Notes under the pieces: generated by a model
The model's input: only the letters and a program-made list of their open reading frames with translations
What the model was told of the DNA's origin: nothing
Database searches by the model: none
In this document: in pieces, positions 8,992 to 18,172 of the stretch
Layout: the number at the start of each line of letters is the position of its first letter
How positions within the stretch are numbered: position 1 is the stretch's first letter
Position numbers and translations under genes: made by a program
NCBI GenBank assembly: GCA_963807605.1
Contig: CAWECG010000003.1
Coordinates: 352,001 to 416,000 of the forward strand
Direction of reading: 5' to 3'
Length of the DNA stretch: 64,000 bases
Source: Candidatus Bathyarchaeota archaeon
GTDB taxonomy: Archaea; Thermoproteota; Bathyarchaeia; 40CM-2-53-6; RBG-13-38-9

Positions 8992-10089
8992 TCATCTCAT
9001 CTGTGCTGCCACTATAGAGCATGAAGGATCTGGAATTGTCAAGTCGCCGTAGTCATACCAACGCTCAGCCCGGCACTCGCCTCCTCTGCACGTGACGAAT
9101 TTGGCGCACTCGTTGCAAGGAAAGGGAGGGTTGTCGCTAACGTATCGGCACAACTGAAAGACTGGCGCCTTGGTCCAGATTTCCTTCAGCTCCTGCTCCC
9201 TGACGTTTCCGGCCCTCAAGAAATAATCGGCTAGGGGGGCGCAAGGGTACACGTCTCCAACCGGGTTTACATAGAGCTTCACCCTGCCGGCGGGGCAATG
9301 TTCGACGCTTCCACAGATGGGCTTTTTCAGATTCTCAGTGAGAAGTTCTGGGAACGCTCTTGTCGCGGCCCAGCCCGCCGGAAGTACAACCATTCCCTCT
9401 CTTTTAGCGGCCTTCCTCATAGCCACCGCGAATTCCGATCTCTGTTCGGGTGTGAGCCGCAGCTGCCGGAAGTTGTCTCGGCCTCTTCCCGCAGGAGATA
9501 TTCTGAACACGCTTATGGCTGGCTCTGCGTTAGGAGTGGATTCAGAGCCAGGATCGATGCCAATCTTCTTGGCGAGCTCGACAAGATTGGGTAAGTCTTT
9601 GTAGTTGTGCTGCATTACGACCGTGTTGAATCCCGTGTTGACACCTTCGTCCAGCAAGACCGATATGCCACGCATTGTCGCTTCCCATGAAGTCGGAATC
9701 CCGGTTACTGCTTCATGGATCTCTGGCTTACTGGCGTACATGGAGACCCAGACCTTGCGCACATTCGCTTCTTTGAGTTCTATCGCCGTTTCGCGAGTAA
9801 TGAAAGATGCATTCGTCACTACGTAGCAAGTCATCCCCAGCGTTGCGGTGCAGTGTAGTGCCAATTCCAAAAGAGCTTCCTTCCGCATCAGGGGTTCGCC
9901 GCCCGACAGAACGACCGCCTTCACTCCCAATTCATGGCCTGCATCTAGCACCTTGGCCTTGAATTCAGAAGTTGTCAATTCGTCGTTTCGTTTTTCGCCA
10001 CCGCGCGCTGAGCAGTGGACACAAGCGTGATTGCATTCCGCGGTTATTTCGATCAACATGTCTTCCGGCGTTGGCACTGGCCTAAACAT
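8992..10089 (-). CDS. radical SAM/SPASM domain protein (PqqE/NirJ/MftC-like)
   Basis: CNHACVHC, SGGEPL, and SPASM cysteines CPAG...GDVYPC...CNEC...CRGGECRA...DPSC. Confidence 0.92.
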   Translation of the reverse strand: MFRPVPTPEDMLIEITAECNHACVHCSARGGEKRNDELTTSEFKAKVLDAGHELGVKAVVLSGGEPLMRKEALLELALHCTATLGMTCYVVTNASFITRETAIELKEANVRKVWVSMYASKPEIHEAVTGIPTSWEATMRGISVLLDEGVNTGFNTVVMQHNYKDLPNLVELAKKIGIDPGSESTPNAEPAISVFRISPAGRGRDNFRQLRLTPEQRSEFAVAMRKAAKREGMVVLPAGWAATRAFPELLTENLKKPICGSVEHCPAGRVKLYVNPVGDVYPCAPLADYFLRAGNVREQELKEIWTKAPVFQLCRYVSDNPPFPCNECAKFVTCRGGECRAERWYDYGDLTIPDPSCSIVAAQMR

Positions 10090-10185
10090 GATGTCCTACC
10101 CCAAACCCTCATATGATGTTTCCAGTTCTATGCGATATGAAGTTAATGTATATAGAATACACAGAGGCGTATGCATCGGACTTTC

Positions 10186-11127
10186 CTAGAACTGGTCCAC
10201 AACTTGCTCGGCGAACAGTTCCATTCCTTCCAGTTCACTGCGGGGTCCGAAATTGACGATAAGATGGTCGATCCCGGCATCTTGAAAGTCTTGCACATGT
10301 CTTCTGACTTGGTCCGGCGTACCGGCGATTAGGCCCTCCCTCCACCTGCCATCAGGCACGGCCGCTTGCTGCTCTCGGATAGCTTCACGAAGGTGTCTAT
10401 CATCCTTGACAATGATTACATGACTGAGTTTTGTTTTCAGGATTTCATCATAGTTTCTGCCAATAGTCTTACAGCATGTGCGCAGGAGGGACAGCTTTCG
10501 TCTCACCGTGTCTGGCGAGCCGAAAAGGTTGCACGCGTTCGCATGCTGCGCCACAATTTGCAGTGTTCGCTTCTCTCCCCCGCCTGCTATCAAAATCGGT
10601 GGATAGGGCACCTGGATTGGCTTCGGATTGCAGTACGCACCGCGAATTCTGTAGTATTTGCCATCGAAGTTCGTGACTTCCTGGGTCCACATCTTCTTGA
10701 GAATCTGCACTGCCTCTTCTACTCTATCCAGTCTTTCCCGAGCTCGCGGAAAGGGAATGCCGTATGCTAGCGTCTCTTCCTTATTCCATCCCGCCCCTAC
10801 CCCCATGATGGTCCTGCCTTTGGCGAGCACGTCCAATGTGGCACCCATTTTTGCTAGTAAGGAAGGATGTCTGTAGATGACCGCCGTAACCAACGTTCCT
10901 AGTTTCAATTTGGAGCTGAGACCCGCAGCATAACTGAGCGCCACCCAGCTTTCGAGCATAGGCTCACTTGGTTGCCCGAAATTTCTAATCTGATGCAGAT
11001 GGTCCATTAGCCAGAATGAGTCGAAATCAAGGCGCTCGGCCTCCGACACCAATCGTCCCAGGAAATCAGGCATGTCTTTTTTCTGGCGAACCTGAGTGAA
11101 ATCCGTGTGTTGTATGCCGAACTTCAG
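10186..11127 (-). CDS. LLM class F420-dependent oxidoreductase (probable CTG start at 11127)
   Basis: WLMDHL, YRHPSLLAKMGATLD, GVGAGW, PILIAGGGEKRTL. The in-frame upstream extension LKFGIQH follows a GGTGA RBS. Confidence 0.9.
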   Translation of the reverse strand: MKFGIQHTDFTQVRQKKDMPDFLGRLVSEAERLDFDSFWLMDHLHQIRNFGQPSEPMLESWVALSYAAGLSSKLKLGTLVTAVIYRHPSLLAKMGATLDVLAKGRTIMGVGAGWNKEETLAYGIPFPRARERLDRVEEAVQILKKMWTQEVTNFDGKYYRIRGAYCNPKPIQVPYPPILIAGGGEKRTLQIVAQHANACNLFGSPDTVRRKLSLLRTCCKTIGRNYDEILKTKLSHVIIVKDDRHLREAIREQQAAVPDGRWREGLIAGTPDQVRRHVQDFQDAGIDHLIVNFGPRSELEGMELFAEQVVDQF

Positions 11128-11193
11128 GGGCGAGTCACCATGCCACCAGGATAGACGAAATATGCTTCCTGAATCGCTTCAGCGCAGATCCCG

Positions 11194-12009
11194 TTAGTCC
11201 GCCGGCCGAGTTATTTCCACAACCATTGCAGAATGATCACTGAGCTTCTCCAATCTCGGCTCATGAATGTAAAAGCAGCGTTGAAGGGACGGCACCGCAC
11301 TTCTCGTCGCAAAGATGTGGTCGAAACGATAACCGCTGCCGCTGTGTCCGAACCATGAATACTCTTTCTCTCCCTGATGAAAATGTCGAAATACATCGAC
11401 AAACCCGTGTTTGCAGAGGGCCGTGTAGAAACATTCCCAAGGTTTGTACTCCGAGTATTCAGGCACATGATTGGGTTCGAGCACGTTCAAATCACCGACA
11501 ATAAATCGGTTCTCAGTCTTCTTCAAATCGTCCCTGCAGACTAGCTTCTCAAAGTCGTCGAGAAACCTTTTCTTTTGTTCATTTCTCCATACCGGCGCGT
11601 AAACTCCTGTTACGAGAACGCCCTTACCTATGCTACAGACCACTGAACAAGTTCTGTACGGTAGGTATTCTGTTGAAACATTCAGTCTTTCTCTCAGGAA
11701 ACCTCTGACGGCAACAATCACTCCATAGTCCTGTGGGTCCGGATCGGGGAAGCTGACGGCATAACCAAGGCCTTCGAGCCTGTCTCTGATGTAGATACAA
11801 CCTTCGGAAAGCCTAGCTTCTGTCAGGACGACTATGTCATAGCTTTGACTCGTCATCCAGTCTACTTGCTTCGGTGCTCTTAGAAGGGATGGGTTTCTGA
11901 TGTTCCAGTTGAGGAATTTGACCACATTGGATTGCTGAGTTTCTCTCTGTTTCGGAGATGTGAGTTCGTCGAGGAATCCCTGCCTTCCCTTCCCAGACAT
12001 TTTCTTCAT
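11194..12009 (-). CDS. exonuclease III-like endonuclease/exonuclease/phosphatase (EEP)
   Basis: LNWNI, LTE, GDLN, YSW, YRFDHIF, SDH motifs. Confidence 0.88.
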   Translation of the reverse strand: MKKMSGKGRQGFLDELTSPKQRETQQSNVVKFLNWNIRNPSLLRAPKQVDWMTSQSYDIVVLTEARLSEGCIYIRDRLEGLGYAVSFPDPDPQDYGVIVAVRGFLRERLNVSTEYLPYRTCSVVCSIGKGVLVTGVYAPVWRNEQKKRFLDDFEKLVCRDDLKKTENRFIVGDLNVLEPNHVPEYSEYKPWECFYTALCKHGFVDVFRHFHQGEKEYSWFGHSGSGYRFDHIFATRSAVPSLQRCFYIHEPRLEKLSDHSAMVVEITRPAD

Positions 12010-12081
12010 ATTGATAGGTTAGCTCTCAGTAGCCATTAAGCTGATTGATTATAGGCATTTGTTTTGGCTGATTTCCAGAAC

Positions 12082-12330
12082 TCAGATCTTGTTGTACAGT
12101 CGTTTCTTCAACTCGCAAATCATTTCATCGCCATACTTCTCGACAACCTTCACTGCGTCGTGGTCGGTTTCTATTTTTTCCTCGGGAAACAAATCTGCCA
12201 GCTTGTCCAAGGCTTCGTCGTCGAAAACTATGTTGCGGTAGTGCTTCGGGTTGTCATAGTCGCATTCTTTCTTTGCTTGCTGGACAAGCAGCAACGCCGG
12301 AAGATAGTCCTCCTTTTTCACGTACAGGTC
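12082..12330 (-). pseudogene. 3' fragment of a paralogue of the gene at 48484-49155
   Basis: DLYVKKEDY...DYDNPKHYRNIVFDDEALDKLADLFPEEKIETDHDAVK matches ELYVKKDK...DYNNPKWYRNIIFDSEALTKLAQLFPERNIKTDHDAVK. Similarity ends at the junction repeat at 12331. Confidence 0.85.
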
Positions 12331-12402
12331 GGACTCGGAGCGTTTTCGGTGCTGGATTTGGTCTCAAAATTCGCGGAGGTTCATGCCTCCATAAATTTGA
12401 AC
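12331..12402 (+). repeat. att-arm-like junction repeat, copy 2 of 3
   Basis: GGACTCG-N25-CTCAAAATTCGCGGAGGTTC-N13-TTTGAAC, same spacing as copy 1. Confidence 0.75.
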
Positions 12403-12972
12403 TTGTTAGAAGAGCTGAATCTAATTGTGTTAGCCCGCCCGTATGCACTTAGAAAATTAAGTGAATCCTGCCAAAAATATGCAACTTTTATTGCACAGAT
12501 CTGAGTGACAGCGAGGCTGTCAGAGGAGGGTCTGGGCTCTGTGTGACTATTAACGGCATGCTTGCATGGAGACTCGATCAGATGAGGCGTTACTACCAGA
12601 TTACGCTCGCGTACTCGATTTACAAACGGCGTTGTTTGGGTAGCAGCCAAGGCGATTGACAATAGCACTCGCGCGCGAAGGATTCAGAGGGCGTCAAGAG
12701 ATGTCCGAACTGCTACGGCAGAAAGTGGAGGGATCGAAGTGACGCTGTGGTTGGCAATCAGAAAAGAGTATCTTGACGCCATTCTGAAATGGCTTGCCCA
12801 TTTCGAAGAAATGTCTTGTTGTTGATTTTTAGATAGGTGTAGGTTTCAGGATTGTAGTAGTCTTTGAGCGAATCCAAGTTTCGTATGGCGTGGGTATCAG
12901 AGTGGCAGTTTAGTTTGCTTTGTCTCTCTGCCTTTTAAGTAGATTTGAACCAAAATATATCGTAGTGTCTAG

Positions 12973-14148
12973 ATGCGAATACTGCAGACAGCAGACAACC
13001 ATGTCGGTGAGACAGCATACTCACGAATAGACCCAGAGACAAATCTCAACGCAAGAAGTCTCGATTTTCTGAATTCTTTCAAGCACTTGGCTGACCTGGC
13101 TATCAAAGAAAGAGTTGATGTTTTTCTCATAGTGGGCGATTTCTTCACCAAGGTAAACCCACACTCAAAGTATATACTAGAGGCTATTCGCAAGCTCAAG
13201 CAAGTTACTCGCGCTGGGAGCAACACGATTATCGTGAGCGGCAATCACGAGACTCCTCGGATGGCGACTACCCTTAATCCGCTGACCTTGCTCGGAGAGG
13301 TCGAGGGCGTGCATGTCGCGCTTGAGCCAACGACTATACAAGTGAATGATTACGATTTTGTATGCGTTCCAGCGCCACCCAATTTTGATGAAATACGTAA
13401 CCTCTTCCAGCTACTACTCTCAATAGCACTGCAGAACTCGAAATCAAAAAAAAGGATATTGGCAGCGCACATCCCTATTGGTCAAGCAATCACAAGCTCC
13501 GAAGTGACGTTAGAAACATTTGTCGGCGAAAACGTAGAGATGAGCCAGATTCCCCAAGAATTCGAATATGTTGCGCTCGGTCACATGCACAAGTTCCAGC
13601 AGATTAACCACGATAAAATGCCTGTGTGCTATTCAGGATCATCAGAGAGATGCGAATTCAACGAGGAACATGACGACAAATATGCTCTGCTTGTGGAGCT
13701 TCAGGACGGAGTGAACGTTTCGCCAATCAAGCTGAATGTACGGAGAATGATTACGCTTGTTGACCAAGACTGCTCAGGACTCTCGGCGTCTAAGATAGCA
13801 AAACTTGTCCTGAACGAAATCGACAAACGTGGAGGCACAATCGCTGACGCCTTGGTGAGAGTGAAACTTGAGAACATCGACATTGATGAAAGCAGACTAA
13901 TCAACTGGGATGAGGTAAAGGCTCGTCTGAACAAGGAGAAGGTCTTCGACTACAAGTTTCAGCCTAGAACGACTGTATCCTTGCCTGAGTCTTCTGAACT
14001 GGCTGGCGGATATATTCTTCCCCCTTCCAAGGAATTGGAGCTCTACGTCAAAGGAAAGAGACCATATCGGGGCAAAACGAGGCTTCTCCTGAAACTGGGA
14101 TACGAGATAATCAACCAAGCCAAGGAGATGATGAGAGTTGAAGCTTAA
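12973..14148 (+). CDS. mre11: Mre11/SbcD family nuclease
   Basis: Phosphoesterase motifs ADNHVG, GDFF, GNHE, AH, YVALGHMH, YSGS.ER..FNE; overlaps the Rad50-like gene. Confidence 0.88.
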   Translation: MRILQTADNHVGETAYSRIDPETNLNARSLDFLNSFKHLADLAIKERVDVFLIVGDFFTKVNPHSKYILEAIRKLKQVTRAGSNTIIVSGNHETPRMATTLNPLTLLGEVEGVHVALEPTTIQVNDYDFVCVPAPPNFDEIRNLFQLLLSIALQNSKSKKRILAAHIPIGQAITSSEVTLETFVGENVEMSQIPQEFEYVALGHMHKFQQINHDKMPVCYSGSSERCEFNEEHDDKYALLVELQDGVNVSPIKLNVRRMITLVDQDCSGLSASKIAKLVLNEIDKRGGTIADALVRVKLENIDIDESRLINWDEVKARLNKEKVFDYKFQPRTTVSLPESSELAGGYILPPSKELELYVKGKRPYRGKTRLLLKLGYEIINQAKEMMRVEA

Positions 14149-16651
14149 GAGAGTGACCATGAGGGGATTTATGAGGTTCAAAGACAGCTTCGACATCAAG
14201 TTCCCACAAAACCAAGTTACGCTTATTGCTGGCGAGAACGGCGCAGGCAAGACATCAATTCTCGACGGGATTTGTGTCTGCCTTTACGGAAAGACTTTCA
14301 GGACCTCAGGAAAAACTACCTCGGGATATCTGAGAATCAACGATCTTGTCAATCACGAATCCCCTAATGCCACGATTAGGGTGGAATTCGAAAATCACGG
14401 CCACAATTACGTGGTAACCAGAGAGATCACGAAGCATGGTTCAGAAGGCGAACTATTTGAGGACGGAGAATCGAAAGCGCGAGGCCAGCGTGTCTATGAT
14501 TATGTTAAGAACAGGGCAATCGGCCTAGACTGGGAAGGCTTCAGAAAATCAACAATCATACTTCAAGGTGAAATGAATTCGCTTACGCAGCTTGAACCAA
14601 GCAAGAGAAAAGAAGCGTTTGTCACCCTGTTTGGTCTTGACAAGTATTTTGACTATCATAAGCTGGCACAAGAGAAGGCCAAAGGCAAGCAGTCAGATAT
14701 CGATAAGATAAAGGAAGCAAACAAGATACTCTCGTCAGACGTTCAGAAAATACCTGGAGTCAAGCAAGATATCAAGCGTATAACGCGATTGGTTGATTCC
14801 TTAGAAAGGAAGAAATTGCGACTCGATAAGACGGTTGGGCAGAGAAAACAAGAGAAGGACGCTTTAGAAGGAGACTATAATCGTTATGCCGTAGAGAAGG
14901 AAAAACTCAATGGAATAATCGGCCTGCTCAAAGAAGCGAGGAAGACTGTAAGAACGAATAATCAGGAACTTGGCAGGCTGCTACGGCTGCAAAAGAAATT
15001 CCCAAAACTAGAGGTATCTTACCAAGACTTTTCTTCGCTGGAAAGCAAGATCTCCAGTTTGAGGCCAGTCAAGTCAGAGTACGACGGATATGGTTCCGAA
15101 GTCACAGGACATAGAACCTCTCTAAAAGAAACAAAGGGAAAGCTCTCAGAGAATCTCCGTGACATTAGGCAGACTAAACAGGAGATATCTAGTCTTAGGA
15201 GACAGATTCCATCGCGGAGAAGACTGTCATCGGCAGAAGAGTCCGTGGAGAAAAGCCAGAGCCGCAAGAGTCAGCTGGAAAAGGACGAGGCTGGGTTGAA
15301 AGCCGAAATCAAACGAATCAATGAGTCCATCCAATCTTTGGAAAGTGATATGAGGCGTGTCAAAGGCAAGGCAAAGTGCCCCGTTTGCTTGCAGAAAATC
15401 ACAGAGCCGGAACAGGTGATGGGGCACTATCTGGGTGAAATTCGCACACTGGGGTCAGAGAAGCGGCAAAAAGAAAAGAGGCTCAAATCCGTAGGGGCCG
15501 ATCTGCAGGCTGTTTCGGACAAGCTCAACAAAGTTAGGCTGACCCTGACGGGGTTGAAAGAGAGGGCGGCCAAGAAAGGTGAGCTGAGCAGGGAACTAAG
15601 GAGGCTATCCACTCTCAGCGAAAAGAAGAAACAATTGAGAACCGAAATAAGCAAGGTCAAAAAGAGAATCGAAGAACTACTTCAACTGCAAGGAAAACTC
15701 AGTCTTGATCCTGACGAATATGACGACTTAGAAAAAAAGATGATGGCATTCCGTAGGAACAAGATCGCTGAAAAGTTTTCGAAGGCCAAGACCGAATTGG
15801 ACAGACTGACGAGTGTGAAAGAAAATCTGGAAAAGTCGAAAAATCGTCTTTCCAGCAGCCTAGCCGACAGAGACAATGTCATTGGAGAAATAAGAAAGTT
15901 CGGCAACATAGCGTTGCGGTACAGCACGGCTAAAACTCGCTTCGAAAAGGCACAGGATGCATTCAACAGAAATAACAGTACGCTCGCATCCAAGTCCCAA
16001 AACAAGAAACAGTTCGAGGACCAGCTGAAGGAGCTGAAAGAGAAAGAGAGAATTCTGAAGGATAACGAAAGAGCCATTCGGATTTCCCGCGAAGAGATTA
16101 CAGTTTTTGAGGAGTTGCGAGATGTATTCAAGAACATACCGGAGAACATCATGCGTAGACTCAGACCGTTCATTGAAAAGGAGGGGACGGACATCATAAA
16201 CGATCTTTCAAACAACGAGTTAACTGCTCTCAATATCGAAGAAGAAACGTTGAACGTAGCAGCTACTACGAACGGAGTGATCAGGCCCATTCATTATTTC
16301 TCAGGAGGACAGAAGACCAGAATCAATATGGCTCTTAGAGTTGCGATTTCTCGGATACTGAGCAAGTTGCCTCAAACTGAGGAACACACATTTGCTGTTA
16401 TGCGGACTTTGTTCGTCGATGAAGGAGATTTCGGCGATTTGGACGAGGCTGGCGTTCGTGAGGCAATTGCTGTTGTAAGAAACCTGACGAAGGAGTTTGA
16501 TTGTGTCATCTTGATTAGTCACGTTGACACTATCAGGGAAATATTCCATGGATACACCATTGAGGTTATTAAGACAGATATGGCCGAAAGCACCATCAAG
16601 ACATTCGGAGGCAGGGTCAGAGAATTGGACGCGCCGGAAATAGCCCTATAG
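14138..16651 (+). CDS. rad50: Rad50/SbcC family SMC-like ATPase
   Basis: Walker A GENGAGKT, Q-loop LQGE, coiled coil, zinc hook CPVC, signature FSGGQ, Walker B FVDEG, ISH. Confidence 0.9.
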   Translation: MKLKRVTMRGFMRFKDSFDIKFPQNQVTLIAGENGAGKTSILDGICVCLYGKTFRTSGKTTSGYLRINDLVNHESPNATIRVEFENHGHNYVVTREITKHGSEGELFEDGESKARGQRVYDYVKNRAIGLDWEGFRKSTIILQGEMNSLTQLEPSKRKEAFVTLFGLDKYFDYHKLAQEKAKGKQSDIDKIKEANKILSSDVQKIPGVKQDIKRITRLVDSLERKKLRLDKTVGQRKQEKDALEGDYNRYAVEKEKLNGIIGLLKEARKTVRTNNQELGRLLRLQKKFPKLEVSYQDFSSLESKISSLRPVKSEYDGYGSEVTGHRTSLKETKGKLSENLRDIRQTKQEISSLRRQIPSRRRLSSAEESVEKSQSRKSQLEKDEAGLKAEIKRINESIQSLESDMRRVKGKAKCPVCLQKITEPEQVMGHYLGEIRTLGSEKRQKEKRLKSVGADLQAVSDKLNKVRLTLTGLKERAAKKGELSRELRRLSTLSEKKKQLRTEISKVKKRIEELLQLQGKLSLDPDEYDDLEKKMMAFRRNKIAEKFSKAKTELDRLTSVKENLEKSKNRLSSSLADRDNVIGEIRKFGNIALRYSTAKTRFEKAQDAFNRNNSTLASKSQNKKQFEDQLKELKEKERILKDNERAIRISREEITVFEELRDVFKNIPENIMRRLRPFIEKEGTDIINDLSNNELTALNIEEETLNVAATTNGVIRPIHYFSGGQKTRINMALRVAISRILSKLPQTEEHTFAVMRTLFVDEGDFGDLDEAGVREAIAVVRNLTKEFDCVILISHVDTIREIFHGYTIEVIKTDMAESTIKTFGGRVRELDAPEIAL

Positions 16652-16873
16652 GCTGGCCCGCTATTGCTGCGAAAGATAGGGGTGCCGAGGTGTTTCCTTT
16701 TTTCTCAAACTTAAGTCCCTTTGGAAAGAACTCTAGTCCATGGGCAAGAAGAAGGAAGAAGCTCCAGAGACGCCTGTCCTGACCGATACGCACGCGCACG
16801 TGAACCCAAAGGCGGACACTTAATCATATGAACATGAAGGACCATAGTTCTAATTGAGAAAAAGGCCCTGCAT

Positions 16874-17647
16874 ATGTTAACGGAAGGGGAATCAATGTCC
16901 AAGAGGGAATCATATTTCATACGGTCTGAGGGGCCTGACCAAGACAGCGTGAAGAAAGCCTTCTCGTGGCTGCTGCAGAGAGGAAAGCCCCTGGGGTATA
17001 TTGCCCTGAATGTTTACGGTAACCTCGAAGTGGTAATCAAAGACATCGTTGGCGATTTCGGCATCAAATCTCTAAAGCAATATGGCAAGCTCAATGTTTC
17101 AGGTAGCGAGATTCTGCTGGTGACCGAGCGCAAGATGATCTACAACGCAGGAAACGCACCGCTGGTTGCATTCTACCCGGCCAAGAAATTCCTGGACGAG
17201 CTCGACTCAATACCAAACATCTCGGCCATGCTTGTGGTTCCGTGGACTTTATCAGAAGTTGAACCATGGATTCGCGCATGGAACGCAAGCGAACTCGGAG
17301 CCCCTCCAGCGAAACGTATTGAGCCTTTGGTTCGGAACAAGGTTGTCGAGCGGGCTTTGAGAAGTCTCACCTCCTGTGTGAATCTTTCAACTGGCATATC
17401 GCACTCTCGTGATCGCAGTGCCGCTGTCCAGATGTTCGAGATTCTGAGAGATGCCAGAGAGTCATTCGAACCAGAAGAAGTGAAGGCTTGGCTTGTCGGC
17501 GAAGGTGGATGGAAGGCTACAGATGCTGATGAGGTTGCAGAAGTCGCCAGAAAGATTCTGGCAGGCCGAAAACTGAGGACAGGAATGCCCGCATGGGCTG
17601 ACAACATTCTTGACATCTGGAAGAAAGAAGTGGCGGAGAGCTCTTAG
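16874..17647 (+). CDS. hypothetical protein, C-terminal DUF1889-like helical domain
   Basis: 257-aa ORF; the VNLSTGISHSRD...GW....A..V pattern recalls DUF1889. Confidence 0.55.
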   Translation: MLTEGESMSKRESYFIRSEGPDQDSVKKAFSWLLQRGKPLGYIALNVYGNLEVVIKDIVGDFGIKSLKQYGKLNVSGSEILLVTERKMIYNAGNAPLVAFYPAKKFLDELDSIPNISAMLVVPWTLSEVEPWIRAWNASELGAPPAKRIEPLVRNKVVERALRSLTSCVNLSTGISHSRDRSAAVQMFEILRDARESFEPEEVKAWLVGEGGWKATDADEVAEVARKILAGRKLRTGMPAWADNILDIWKKEVAESS

Positions 17648-17743
17648 ACCAGGCGCACTTTGATTCTTGATGCTAGCTTGCTCATCAAGAAATGGTGCAG
17701 AAATCCGAGCTAGAAGCGTTGTGGTGTTAACCGGGAGTGTTAT

Positions 17744-17824
17744 GGGCCCGCCCGGAACTGGACCGTTCTTGTAGCTGGTTTTAGAGTCAAATTCACGCGG
17801 GTTTGGCCCTTGCAGGTTCAAACT
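17744..17824 (+). repeat. degenerate att core + arm junction repeat, copy 3 of 3
   Basis: GGGCCCGCCCGGAACTG (compare GGGCCCGCCGGGACTCG at 4474), then N25 and GTCAAATTCACGCGGGTTTGGCCCTTG (compare CTCAAAATTCGTGGAGGTTCGGACCTTG). Confidence 0.6.
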
Positions 17825-17863
17825 ATTCTAGAGATACCAAAGCGCTTATGGTTTACAGGCTCA

Positions 17864-17899
17864 ACGGGATGCGGTCCCGCGATAACGCAAGGGTTCAAC
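17864..17899 (+). repeat. cassette-boundary direct repeat, copy 1 of 4
   Basis: ACGGGATGCGGTCCCGCGATAACGCAAGGGTTCAAC. Confidence 0.85.
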
Positions 17900-18172
17900 A
17901 TTTCTATAGGTGCCCCTCACGAGTCAGAACTCGTGATTCTGAAGTCTCCATGTAGGTACCCAACGCGATCTCGTGTCATTCGGTAGCTATAGGACTATTT
18001 AATGGGAGCCGGTATGGAGCGTGCCCCTTCCTTAGTCTCTGCTCCTAGTCATCCTTCCCCAAGGTTTTGCTGGCACTTCAGCCATACTCAGCCGAGATAA
18101 GAAGGCATATCCGCAAGTTGTCTGAAGTCTTTATGTTATTGATGGTAATATTCCTCCTGGTGCATTATTCCT

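Noticed and set aside
3364-11127. Mycofactocin-like pathway (creatininase + SPASM rSAM + oxidoreductase)
   Set aside because: No MftA precursor ending in IDGxCGVY and no MftB-like chaperone were seen. The creatininase also lies outside the att boundary.
12404-12960. ORFs in the gap before mre11
   Set aside because: No convincing product; treated as intergenic or decayed.
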